From positions 1-25,639 of the IMG/VR virus record IMGVR_UViG_3300047669_001037: 25,639 nt of DNA. One strand, given 5' to 3'. Origin of the DNA: a virus. Taxonomy: Duplodnaviria > Caudoviricetes. Each line of letters starts with the position of its first letter. Position 1 is the stretch's first letter. The notes below the pieces were generated by a model. It searched no databases and was not told the origin of the DNA. It saw only the letters and a program-made list of their open reading frames with translations. The position numbers were made by a program, and so were the translations under genes. This document shows, in pieces, positions 16,052 to 23,490 of this stretch.

Positions 16052-17463
16052 TGGCGGGAGTTAACTCATCGGGCGCGTCGATAAATAAGAACGCGCAGCT
16101 CGTCATTCAGGCGTCGTCGTGGCCGACTCTTCCCCCCTTCAAAAAGGGCGAAGCCCCGACACTGCTCGACGCGGCGGAAGCCCTAAAGGTGAAGATGTTC
16201 ATCGAGAATTTTCTTCTGAACTTCACGGGCGTGATGCGAACCGGATCGCCGGGGCGGAATAAGTTCGAGTGGGCCTTCAATCCGTGGGGGAACAACCTCG
16301 ACCTCTGGATTCAAACCGACCTGATCCACGACCAATCGCCCCAGCTCGGCGGGAATCTCGACGTGAACCGGCACGATATATTTTCGCGCGGCGCGCCGCT
16401 CTACCTCGACGCGCGCACCGGCGAGCCGGTCTTCATTGTCGGCTCAACAGGTTCGCACGGCGAACTTCGATTCGGTGGCTCGAACCGGAACGACTACGTC
16501 GGATTCAAAGCCGGATCGGCCCCGACGAAAATCGTGTGGGAACTTCCGAACGCGGACGGCTCAACCGGGCAAGTCCTTTCGACGAACGGCTCTGAAGTTC
16601 TTTCTTGGGTGAACAATGGCGGCGGCGGGGGCGGCTCGGGAACTGTGACGAGCGTCGCAACCTCGAACGGGACTTTCATCAATATCACGGGCGGCACGAT
16701 CACGACGACAGGCACAATCACCGGAGATTTATCTGCAACCGGCACGGCCAGCGCGACAACTTTTTTGCGTGGCGATAATACTTGGGCCACGCCGAGCGGC
16801 GGGGGCGGCGGCGGGATGACGTCGTTCGATATTTCTGATGAAACGAATTTTTTCACAGTTACCGATTCAGACACAGTCGATTTCGTTTCTTGGGATGAAA
16901 CGATCACGATCGATTGCGACACCTCCGGGAAAGTCGATTTCTCGCTGGCTTACTACGGGATGGAATTGTGGACGGCGCAGGACGGAAATCTCAATTATGT
17001 AGATATTTATAACGAAGATTACATCGAGTTCTTTTCGTCCGATGACTCGATTGGCGTTTGGTTAGACGACTCCACCCCTTCCATTGATTTTACCAACAAC
17101 GACCCTTCCGATCTCCGACTGAAGAAGAACATCAAACCCTTAACCGGCTGTATGGGAATCCTCGCCCAACTAAAGCCTGTACAATTCGAGTGGAAGAAAA
17201 ACGCAAAACCACGGGCAGGGAAATCGTTCGGACTCATCGCGCAGGACGTCGAAAAGATTCTGCCCGAGATTGTAAGGGAACGGACGGACAATGATGGGAA
17301 GCCATTGGACGGACGCCGAGGAATGAAGCAAATGGACTACAATAAGATCGTGCCGTTCCTGATCGAAGCCGTTGTTGAACTGAACGCAGAAGTGAAAGAA
17401 TTGTCTAAACTCGTGGAAACCCTTGCCAAGAAAGTGGACGATTTGGAAAATGCCCGCCCCTAG
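16051..17463 (+). CDS. Tail fibre/spike with a C-terminal intramolecular chaperone (peptidase S74)
   Basis: Fibre motifs PQLGGNLD, LPNADGSTGQVLSTNG, GGGGGSGTVTSV and TFLRGDNTW. C-terminal SDLRLKKNI...GLIAQDVEKILPEIV...DYNKIVPFLIEAV plus coiled coil. Confidence 0.9.
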   Translation: MAGVNSSGASINKNAQLVIQASSWPTLPPFKKGEAPTLLDAAEALKVKMFIENFLLNFTGVMRTGSPGRNKFEWAFNPWGNNLDLWIQTDLIHDQSPQLGGNLDVNRHDIFSRGAPLYLDARTGEPVFIVGSTGSHGELRFGGSNRNDYVGFKAGSAPTKIVWELPNADGSTGQVLSTNGSEVLSWVNNGGGGGGSGTVTSVATSNGTFINITGGTITTTGTITGDLSATGTASATTFLRGDNTWATPSGGGGGGMTSFDISDETNFFTVTDSDTVDFVSWDETITIDCDTSGKVDFSLAYYGMELWTAQDGNLNYVDIYNEDYIEFFSSDDSIGVWLDDSTPSIDFTNNDPSDLRLKKNIKPLTGCMGILAQLKPVQFEWKKNAKPRAGKSFGLIAQDVEKILPEIVRERTDNDGKPLDGRRGMKQMDYNKIVPFLIEAVVELNAEVKELSKLVETLAKKVDDLENARP

Positions 17464-18667
17464 ATTAGAGGTAAACGGTGACCACGTCGGGCTTCGCGAG
17501 TCAGGGAAAGCGACCTTCGCCATCGAGAACCCGAGCGACTTCGAGCGACTGATCGGCAGCGCGGCGGTCGGTCGGTTCGGCATCGTCATCGCCCTGACTA
17601 CCTTCAACGTCGAGGCGCGGATTCTTGGCGATCTCGACCGGCTACGCGGGCAACTCGCGGGCGTTCGCGCCTCGATCCTTTTCGCCGACAACGGCAGCAC
17701 CGACAGCACCCGCGAACGTGTCAAGAGATGGGCGGAGACGTCCGGCATCGATCACGTCTTCGTCGACTTCACGCACGAGCCAAATGAACAGGCTGCCCTC
17801 GGGCGCGCCGTGCAGCTTGCTCGGATATTCTCTACCCAAAACGCGATGACCGTGGCCCTCGCGATCCAAACGCCGGAGACCTTCAGAACGATCAGCTCGT
17901 TCGCGATCGTCGCGACCGAAGAAGTCGCGGACGAGGCCGCCATCCTGATCGCCGCCCTGCGGACGTTCCACTCCGAGCCGGTCTTCTTAACGTGTGACAA
18001 GGCGACGAAGGCGAGTCTCGAGCGGCACGACTTCCGCGACGTGCAGTTTCGTCTCGATGCTGAACCGGCCAAGCTCGCCAAAGCCGAGAAGAAGATCCGC
18101 GCGAAGGTCGCCGTGAAAAACGACTTCCATCGTGTCGATTGCATCTTCGCAAAAATGGACGCTTGGCGATGGGCGATCGATGAAGCGGGCGACAGCCTGT
18201 TCCTGGACGCCGACATTCTGCCCGTCGCGAATCTGAACGAGGGCTTCGCCTCCGAGCTAGTCCTCTCGCCTCACCATCACGGCGGGGGCGGTCTCGAGGC
18301 CGTCCGGAAGTTCGGGATCTTCAACGCGGGCTACTGCTGGACGAGCAACGCCGCCGCGCCTGACTTCTGGCGCGAAGTATATCTGGGCCGGTCAGACTTT
18401 TTTGAGCAGGAGGGGATGAATCTGTTCGTCGAGAAGTTCGACGTCTCAACTTTTCCCCGATCGCACAACGTCGGATTCTGGCGCGAGCCGGTCTTCGAGA
18501 CCGACGGCCTGAAAAGTTGGCACGTTCATTTGACCGACGCCCTCGACGCGAAGGCGAACTCGGGTCTCCGTTCAAAGTACATCGAACACCGCGCCCGCGT
18601 CTTCGGTCATCTCGAACGCATCGGGCGCCGCGACCTTTTGGAGTTCATCAAATGCCTCGAAAAATAA
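17450..18667 (+). CDS. Glycosyltransferase: partial GT2-like N-terminal module plus a GT-A (GT8-like) domain
   Basis: N-part IVIALTTFN...ILFADNGSTDST (GT2 nucleotide-binding start). C-part AKMD...LFLDADI (DxD), FNAG, EQ, NVG.W and HVH. ATG 17450 overlaps the end of the fibre gene. Confidence 0.8.
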   Translation: MPAPRLEVNGDHVGLRESGKATFAIENPSDFERLIGSAAVGRFGIVIALTTFNVEARILGDLDRLRGQLAGVRASILFADNGSTDSTRERVKRWAETSGIDHVFVDFTHEPNEQAALGRAVQLARIFSTQNAMTVALAIQTPETFRTISSFAIVATEEVADEAAILIAALRTFHSEPVFLTCDKATKASLERHDFRDVQFRLDAEPAKLAKAEKKIRAKVAVKNDFHRVDCIFAKMDAWRWAIDEAGDSLFLDADILPVANLNEGFASELVLSPHHHGGGGLEAVRKFGIFNAGYCWTSNAAAPDFWREVYLGRSDFFEQEGMNLFVEKFDVSTFPRSHNVGFWREPVFETDGLKSWHVHLTDALDAKANSGLRSKYIEHRARVFGHLERIGRRDLLEFIKCLEK

Positions 18668-19323
18668 TCTTCTGCCATTTTGGAAAAGCGGCGGGCGTCT
18701 GGGTCAACGAATACCTGAAGGCGATGCTCCGGCGGCGCGGCTACGTCATCCGCGACTCGTGGGAACTCGGCCTTGAACGCGACTGGTCTCCGCTCGAGTT
18801 GTCTCAAATTCGGCGGCTGGATCTCGATCTTCTTTACGTCCACCAGCATCACATCAATCTGAAGCAGCAGGACATCGCCGCCTTCCGAAATGCCGGATTT
18901 TACACGATGACTTTCCTGCGGCATCCCGGCGACATCATCTGCTCGCTCTACTTCTGGGCGAAGCGACTCGTCGACGAAGGAAAGGGCAACCCGTTCGCCG
19001 GTCACTTCGACATCACGAACGCGACCCTCGACGATTGGGCGCAGCATTGCCTCGGCCCAGCTCGCCAGCTTTGGGCGTTGCCGGTCTGGACGGACGACCT
19101 CCATCACGTGGAAGAATACTGCGAGGCGAACTTCGCGGCCTTCATCGATCGACATTTCGGGCAAGCCTACGACCCGACCGCGTTGCCGTTCGAGCGACGC
19201 AATTCGAGCGCAAACAAAGGCTGGGCGAATCACGTCGTTTCGGGCGAGATTCGCGAAACGACTCGGCGCGAGATCACGAGCGACCCCGACTTCGTGGCGT
19301 ACCAAAACAAATTGAAATTATGA
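18652..19323 (+). CDS. Sulfotransferase family protein
   Basis: 5'-PSB-like IIFCHFGKAAG and 3'-PB-like TFLRHPGDIICSLY, plus late RNSS. ATG 18652 overlaps the GT gene end. Confidence 0.8.
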   Translation: MPRKIIFCHFGKAAGVWVNEYLKAMLRRRGYVIRDSWELGLERDWSPLELSQIRRLDLDLLYVHQHHINLKQQDIAAFRNAGFYTMTFLRHPGDIICSLYFWAKRLVDEGKGNPFAGHFDITNATLDDWAQHCLGPARQLWALPVWTDDLHHVEEYCEANFAAFIDRHFGQAYDPTALPFERRNSSANKGWANHVVSGEIRETTRREITSDPDFVAYQNKLKL

Positions 19324-19955
19324 AACTCGAAGAACTGCAAGAAGTTTTTGCGGGGGGCTGGCACGGAGGCGAGGGGACACAGTGCGGGGCAGGATCGGCG
19401 GGCCACTATGCCGACGATCATCTTCGCCGGATCCGTGAATTTTTAAGAGAGCGAAACATTCAGAGCCTCGCAGATGTTGGCTGTGGGGATTGTAATTGGT
19501 CGCGGTTTCTGTTTTCTGAAGTCGACGACTATCACGGCTATGACCTCCACGAGTGGGAGTCGTGGGAAGGTCTGCGAAGCAACCATTCGGCGATCACGTT
19601 GTCCGACGGTTTTGATATAGCTAAAAACATTATCGCGCCAGCCGAGGGGATCATCGCGGTGAATGTTTTCATCCATCTCCCGAACGAAATGATTTGTGCC
19701 GCATTGGAACGATTCAAGGAATCCGAAGCATCTTGGCTTTTTGTTTGGCCGCACATCGAAGGAGTGACAGAGGCGGAGAACACGGCGAGGGGGGAAGATG
19801 CCAATCCGCAGAAAAAGGCGCGGCCACGCTACAACCTCCGGTTGCCACCGTTCAACCTTCTCGGGGGATCTGGGAATGTTTGGCCGCTCCGAAGCGTGGG
19901 TGATGATTACGCAACGAAAAACCCTGACCGCTACTCAAGGAAGGTGAAAACGTGA
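19320..19955 (+). CDS. Class I SAM-dependent methyltransferase
   Basis: CGAGS...IQSLADVGCGDCNW (motif I), YHGYDL, FDI and VFIHL. ATGA overlap with the sulfotransferase stop. Confidence 0.85.
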   Translation: MKLEELQEVFAGGWHGGEGTQCGAGSAGHYADDHLRRIREFLRERNIQSLADVGCGDCNWSRFLFSEVDDYHGYDLHEWESWEGLRSNHSAITLSDGFDIAKNIIAPAEGIIAVNVFIHLPNEMICAALERFKESEASWLFVWPHIEGVTEAENTARGEDANPQKKARPRYNLRLPPFNLLGGSGNVWPLRSVGDDYATKNPDRYSRKVKT

Positions 19956-20071
19956 CGGCCACGCTTCGGCCAACGATCGAGACGTTCCTCGGGCGCGAGT
20001 TATCCACCGACGAGCTGGGCGATTCGATTTATCTTATGGGCCGGAAGGCGGGACAAGCTGCCCGAGGGTAA
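19952..20071 (+). CDS. 39-aa ORF, possible gene remnant
   Basis: GTGA overlap with AAGGAAGG upstream. Reads MTATLRPTIETFLGRELSTDELGDSIYLMGRKAGQAARG*. Confidence 0.35.
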   Translation: MTATLRPTIETFLGRELSTDELGDSIYLMGRKAGQAARG

Positions 20072-20077
20072 GAGATG
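20051..20077 (+). promoter_or_regulatory. Late-promoter-like motif copy 6 (lysis cassette)
   Basis: GGACA AGCTGCCCGAGG GTAA-GAGATG. ATG at 20075. Confidence 0.65.
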
Positions 20078-20299
20078 GAACTGCAAACAATTTTTCAGGC
20101 GGGGCTTGCCTTCGCTGTCGCCATTGGCGGCTACTTTTTCAAACGCATTCAGGCAACGCTCGACCGGACGAGCGAGCGGATCGCCGACGTCGAGATCGAA
20201 CTCGCCCGGCAGAAGCAAGAAGCCCACGACGTTCGCGGGAGACTTCACCGGATCGAAGAAAAACTCGATCGCCTTCTCGCGAGGGGGGGAGAGCTTTGA
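20075..20299 (+). CDS. Membrane-anchored coiled-coil protein (holin-like/lysis accessory)
   Basis: N-terminal TM (IFQAGLAFAVAIGGYFF), then heptads ending RLHRIEEKLDRLL. Confidence 0.65.
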   Translation: MELQTIFQAGLAFAVAIGGYFFKRIQATLDRTSERIADVEIELARQKQEAHDVRGRLHRIEEKLDRLLARGGEL

Positions 20300-20481
20300 C
20301 AATCGCCGCCGCCGCCGCGATCGGCTTCATCGCGGGCGTCGCCTTGTCGGCCCTGCTCTATCTCGTCGTCGGAATGCTGGCCTATCACCACGAGGCGATC
20401 GACAAGGTCGACTTGATTTATAACGAAATGAAAGAGGACATCGCCGATGACTCCGAGACAATACAAAGAGAACCAAAATAA
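20296..20481 (+). CDS. Small single-TM protein
   Basis: TTG start overlapping the previous stop. About 25 hydrophobic residues then an acidic tail. Confidence 0.5.
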   Translation: MTIAAAAAIGFIAGVALSALLYLVVGMLAYHHEAIDKVDLIYNEMKEDIADDSETIQREPK

Positions 20482-20482
20482 T

Positions 20483-20731
20483 ATGCCACTACCTAAAAAA
20501 ACAAAACCGGAACCCGCGCACAAACGGCGCGGCCTGATGACAAGCGAGTTCGCGCTCGCCGCCGTCACGTCGATCATCACCCTCGCCATTCTCGGCGGCT
20601 GGATCGACATCGCCGAAGGAACTTCGACCCTCGATCGCGCTTGTGCAATCATTGCGATGGGACTCTCGTCGCTCGGCTACACCGTCGGGCGCTCGTGGAT
20701 CAAAACAAAATCCGCCGAGGTCGAAGAGTGA
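20483..20731 (+). CDS. Holin-like two-TM protein
   Basis: Basic N-terminus, GLMTSEF, two hydrophobic helices, LGYTVGRSWIK. Confidence 0.65.
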   Translation: MPLPKKTKPEPAHKRRGLMTSEFALAAVTSIITLAILGGWIDIAEGTSTLDRACAIIAMGLSSLGYTVGRSWIKTKSAEVEE

Positions 20732-20931
20732 AAGCAATCTTCGCGGCACTCTTTGAAACGATCGCGCAGATCATCAAAGAATTGATTCGCGAAGATCCGA
20801 AAGCCTCCGATGCTGACACGCCCAAAAAACTCCGCGACAGGTGGAACCGTTCCGTCCGCGACCGCCTCGATCCTGATCGCCGCGATCGCGATCCTGATCC
20901 TGATGACGTTGACCGGATGCGGGACGACTAG
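20728..20931 (+). CDS. Candidate inner-membrane spanin (Rz-like)
   Basis: GTG start in a GTGA overlap. Amphipathic/hydrophobic N-terminus MKAIFAALFETIAQII, charged C-terminus. Overlapped out of frame by a lipoprotein gene. Confidence 0.5.
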   Translation: MKAIFAALFETIAQIIKELIREDPKASDADTPKKLRDRWNRSVRDRLDPDRRDRDPDPDDVDRMRDD

Positions 20932-21094
20932 AGTCGTCTTCGTTGACACACAAGCTGACCTCGTCCGGCTCGGGCCGGACGTGCGCGGTACTGTCTACGT
21001 CCACAAAGACGGCGAGTGGATCAAATCAAAAAACAAAGTCACATTGCCCGAGGGCTGGATCGCTGGCCCATTACCGAAAGACCTCAACGAATGA
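20810..21094 (+). CDS. Lipoprotein, candidate outer-membrane spanin (Rz1-like)
   Basis: Signal peptide ILIAAIAILILM with lipobox LTG-C37. Starts inside the preceding ORF in another frame. Confidence 0.7.
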   Translation: MLTRPKNSATGGTVPSATASILIAAIAILILMTLTGCGTTRVVFVDTQADLVRLGPDVRGTVYVHKDGEWIKSKNKVTLPEGWIAGPLPKDLNE

Positions 21095-21201
21095 AACTCA
21101 TCATCAAGCTCTTCGCGTGGACACTCGTCTTCGCGATCCCCCTCGCATTCACCGCAGGACTGATCGCCGCCGCTATTCTTTTGTGGCGCGCTGTCCTATA
21201 A
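21091..21201 (+). CDS. 36-aa hydrophobic membrane peptide
   Basis: MKLIIKLFAWTLVFAIPLAFTAGLIAAAILLWRAVL. ATGA overlap with the lipoprotein stop. Confidence 0.55.
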   Translation: MKLIIKLFAWTLVFAIPLAFTAGLIAAAILLWRAVL

Positions 21202-21229
21202 CCTCGCCAACCTGTTCACCTCCCATCCC

Positions 21230-21262
21230 AGCCCGCGAGCTTAACCGCTCGCGGGCTTCTTT
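21230..21262 (+). terminator. Terminator ending the late operon
   Basis: Perfect stem GCCCGCGAGC / GCTCGCGGGC, loop TTAACC, then TTCTTT. Confidence 0.8.
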
Positions 21263-21413
21263 GCGTACCCGTGACGAGCCGAGGATCGCGTCTGCGGCGT
21301 CCTGCGGGCCGCCCCAGCTCGGCAGACCCGAACGGGGAGCGACGCTTTACAGGGCGAATTTCACGGCCTTTTTGAGCCGGTAACAACAAACGAAGCAAAA
21401 GCGCATTATCACG

Positions 21414-21442
21414 TCGACAGACGAGCGGCCCGCGTGTAGGTT
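21414..21442 (+). promoter_or_regulatory. Sigma70-like promoter, probably leaderless
   Basis: TCGACA-N17-TAGGTT with A-rich upstream sequence. ATG 21451 lies 8 nt after the -10 box. Confidence 0.6.
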
Positions 21443-21450
21443 GGCGGCAG

Positions 21451-22320
21451 ATGAGCGACAACAACACATCCAGCGCCCCGAAACAAAACGTCCTCGCCTT
21501 TGGCGGCGGCGTCGATTCAACCTGCCTTCTCGCGATGCACCTCAACCGGAACGAGGCCGCGAACATCCTCGGGATCACCCGTGACGATCTCGACGAAGCC
21601 CTTCCGAATTTCGACGCCGTCGTCTTCTCCGATACTGGCGCGGAATTTGCCAAGACCTACGAAAACATCGAGACCGCCCGCGAGCTTTGCAAAGAAGCGG
21701 GCCTTCACTTCGAGGTCGTCCGCAAAGAGGGCGAGACGATCACCGAGTGGGTGACGCGCCTCGGGATCGTTCCCGTGATGGCGGGCGGCCCGCACGTTTG
21801 TTCCGTCAAATTCAAAGGCGACGTGATGGCCGCGTGGGCCGCTGACGAGTTCGGATCGTCGGAGTCGGTTCGCTGGTCGATCGGCATCGAGTTCGATGAA
21901 GGTCATCGAGTGACGCGCTTCAAACAAAAAGGCAAAACCGATTCGATCTTTCCCCTCGTCACTCTCGAGATCACCCGCGCGAAAGCCGCAGCGATCATCG
22001 CCGCGTGTTGGCCGCACGAGGTCGTCAAAAGCTCTTGCGTCTTCTGTCCCTTTATGTCCGAAGGCGAGATCGAGAACCTGACGAAATGCGACGCCGAGTT
22101 CGAGATCGCGAAGAAGGTCGAAGCCCGCTTCGAAGAAGCGAGCAAAGTGAAGCATCAAGCCTTCGTCGACGGCGGTCGCAAGCTGAACAAAGGCGGACGC
22201 GCTAACAAAGGCCAGTGGCGGAAAGATTCTTTCGCCGAGGGCGCGCGTCTCTTCGTGAAAAAGATCAACGGTCGGCAGCTCTCCATTTCAGAATGGGCCG
22301 ATCGCGTCGCCAAATCCTAA
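21451..22320 (+). CDS. PP-loop (PAPS reductase / adenine nucleotide alpha-hydrolase family) protein with Cys motifs
   Basis: VLAFGGGVDST (PP-loop), FSDTGAE, CSVKFK, GIEFDE, FPL and KSSCVFCPF. Confidence 0.85.
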   Translation: MSDNNTSSAPKQNVLAFGGGVDSTCLLAMHLNRNEAANILGITRDDLDEALPNFDAVVFSDTGAEFAKTYENIETARELCKEAGLHFEVVRKEGETITEWVTRLGIVPVMAGGPHVCSVKFKGDVMAAWAADEFGSSESVRWSIGIEFDEGHRVTRFKQKGKTDSIFPLVTLEITRAKAAAIIAACWPHEVVKSSCVFCPFMSEGEIENLTKCDAEFEIAKKVEARFEEASKVKHQAFVDGGRKLNKGGRANKGQWRKDSFAEGARLFVKKINGRQLSISEWADRVAKS

Positions 22321-22343
22321 ACCCCAAACCCCCAAAAACTAAA

Positions 22344-22580
22344 ATGACAAAACTGAACAAACCCGTGACGCGCGAATGCCGCGACGCCCAACTCGACGGG
22401 CGTCCGGCGATCGTGTCGCTCCTGCCGAATGACATTATCCGGATTCGCCCGAAGGGCTGCCGCTACACCCTCGACATCCCGATCGAGTCCGTGATCTGGC
22501 AAGCCGCCCGAGCCAAGGCCGCCAAGGCCGCAGCAGAGAAGAAGAAGGCCCGCCAGCTCCGCCGCCTCGGCGCGATCTGA
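22344..22580 (+). CDS. Small basic hypothetical protein (78 aa)
   Basis: MTKLNKPVTRE...IRIRPKG; A/C-rich leader. Confidence 0.7.
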   Translation: MTKLNKPVTRECRDAQLDGRPAIVSLLPNDIIRIRPKGCRYTLDIPIESVIWQAARAKAAKAAAEKKKARQLRRLGAI

Positions 22581-22598
22581 ACAACCTAGAATTGACCG

Positions 22599-23105
22599 AT
22601 GAAGATCGACGAACTACACACCGAAACGATGACTCAACGAAAAAACGTACGCCCACAACCGAGGGAAGATTTAACCCCAGAGGAAGATCGCGCCGAGTGC
22701 GAGCGGATGGTGGCAGAACTGGACGGTCACACCACCCGCGCGCAGCGGCGTGTGTGGTGGTTCGCCCGAGACTCCGGTGTGACTGTGGAACAATTCACGA
22801 AGGCCCATTGGTGGGTTCGGGCGGGTTTCAATAACAGGGGTCTCGAGCTGTTCTGGATGTTGTGTCAAAACGATGACCCTGCCCACCAGAGTCACGACGG
22901 ATTTCTCGATGCGTGCAGGAATGGTGAACTCACCCGTTATCGGAACGTGGGGCCGGTGACAATCAAGCAAGCATTGAAGGTGCTCGGCTACCAGCAAAGG
23001 CGGACGAGATGTAAACTCTGTGGGGCGTATAATTCGCCCGAACTCCACGGGTACAACGGGGGCAAAAAAGTTGACCTGTACAAAGTCACCAAAATGAAAC
23101 GATGA
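22599..23105 (+). CDS. Hypothetical protein with an RNA polymerase alpha-CTD-like HhH motif and CxxC
   Basis: GFNNRGLELF...ELTRYRNVGPVTIKQALKVLG resembles alpha-CTD LSVR....L...ELL...NLG.KSL.EI...L, followed by RCKLCG. Confidence 0.5.
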   Translation: MKIDELHTETMTQRKNVRPQPREDLTPEEDRAECERMVAELDGHTTRAQRRVWWFARDSGVTVEQFTKAHWWVRAGFNNRGLELFWMLCQNDDPAHQSHDGFLDACRNGELTRYRNVGPVTIKQALKVLGYQQRRTRCKLCGAYNSPELHGYNGGKKVDLYKVTKMKR

Positions 23106-23341
23106 ACGAAACGATGAACGAAGAAGTCCGAAAGTATATGGCCGAGATCGGTCGCAAAGGCGGCAAGGCGGCCAGCAATCAGGCCGAAGCGGGCCGCGCC
23201 GCGTGGACGAATATGACCCCCGCCCAGCGATCGAAAGAGATGAAGCGACGCGCCGCCGTGCGCGAGAAGAAACGCGCGGCGAACTGTGACGCAACTGTGA
23301 CGCCTAGCCCCGATCCCCTGAACAATCCTGAACAGTCCTGA
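23102..23341 (+). CDS. Small basic protein with a KGG-like motif
   Basis: YMAEIGRKGGKA...MTPAQRS. The 3' end reads through the attP arm repeats. Confidence 0.65.
   Translation: MNETMNEEVRKYMAEIGRKGGKAASNQAEAGRAAWTNMTPAQRSKEMKRRAAVREKKRAANCDATVTPSPDPLNNPEQS
23282..23303. repeat. Integrase arm-type site pair (left arm of attP)
   Basis: AACTGTGACGC x2, repeated in the same orientation at 23554-23575. Confidence 0.8.
23317..23341. repeat. 10-bp-period direct repeats, candidate excisionase-binding sites
   Basis: CCTGAACAAT CCTGAACAGT CCTGA, adjacent to the left arm pair. Confidence 0.55.
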
Positions 23342-23438
23342 CTCGACAACGCCCGAATGATCGACGACATTCGCCCCGCGTTTTTGGAGATGAGCCGCAA
23401 AATCACGAGATGAAAAGCCAACCCACACGAAAGCCCCC

Positions 23439-23490
23439 GCACCTGATTACGGATCAGGAGGTTGGGGGTTCGATTCCCTCAGGGCGTACC
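23439..23490 (+). other. attP: attP core: 3' half of tRNA-Arg(ACG)
   Basis: Anticodon arm CCTGA-TTACGGA-TCAGG, variable loop AGGTT, T arm GGGGG-TTCGATT-CCCTC, acceptor 3' strand AGGGCGT-A-CC. No matching 5' acceptor strand or D arm upstream. Next to the integrase. Confidence 0.9.

Noticed and set aside
16051-17463. Diversity-generating retroelement or invertible fibre cassette
   Set aside because: No reverse transcriptase, template repeat, invertase or inverted fibre copy seen in the window.
21451-22320. Calling the PP-loop gene cysH (auxiliary sulfur metabolism)
   Set aside because: It lacks the CC pair and the C-terminal ECGLH-type motif of APS/PAPS reductases; only the superfamily is supported.
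23439-23490. Complete tRNA-Arg gene
   Set aside because: No 5' acceptor strand or D arm upstream and no full CCA; interpreted as the attP core.
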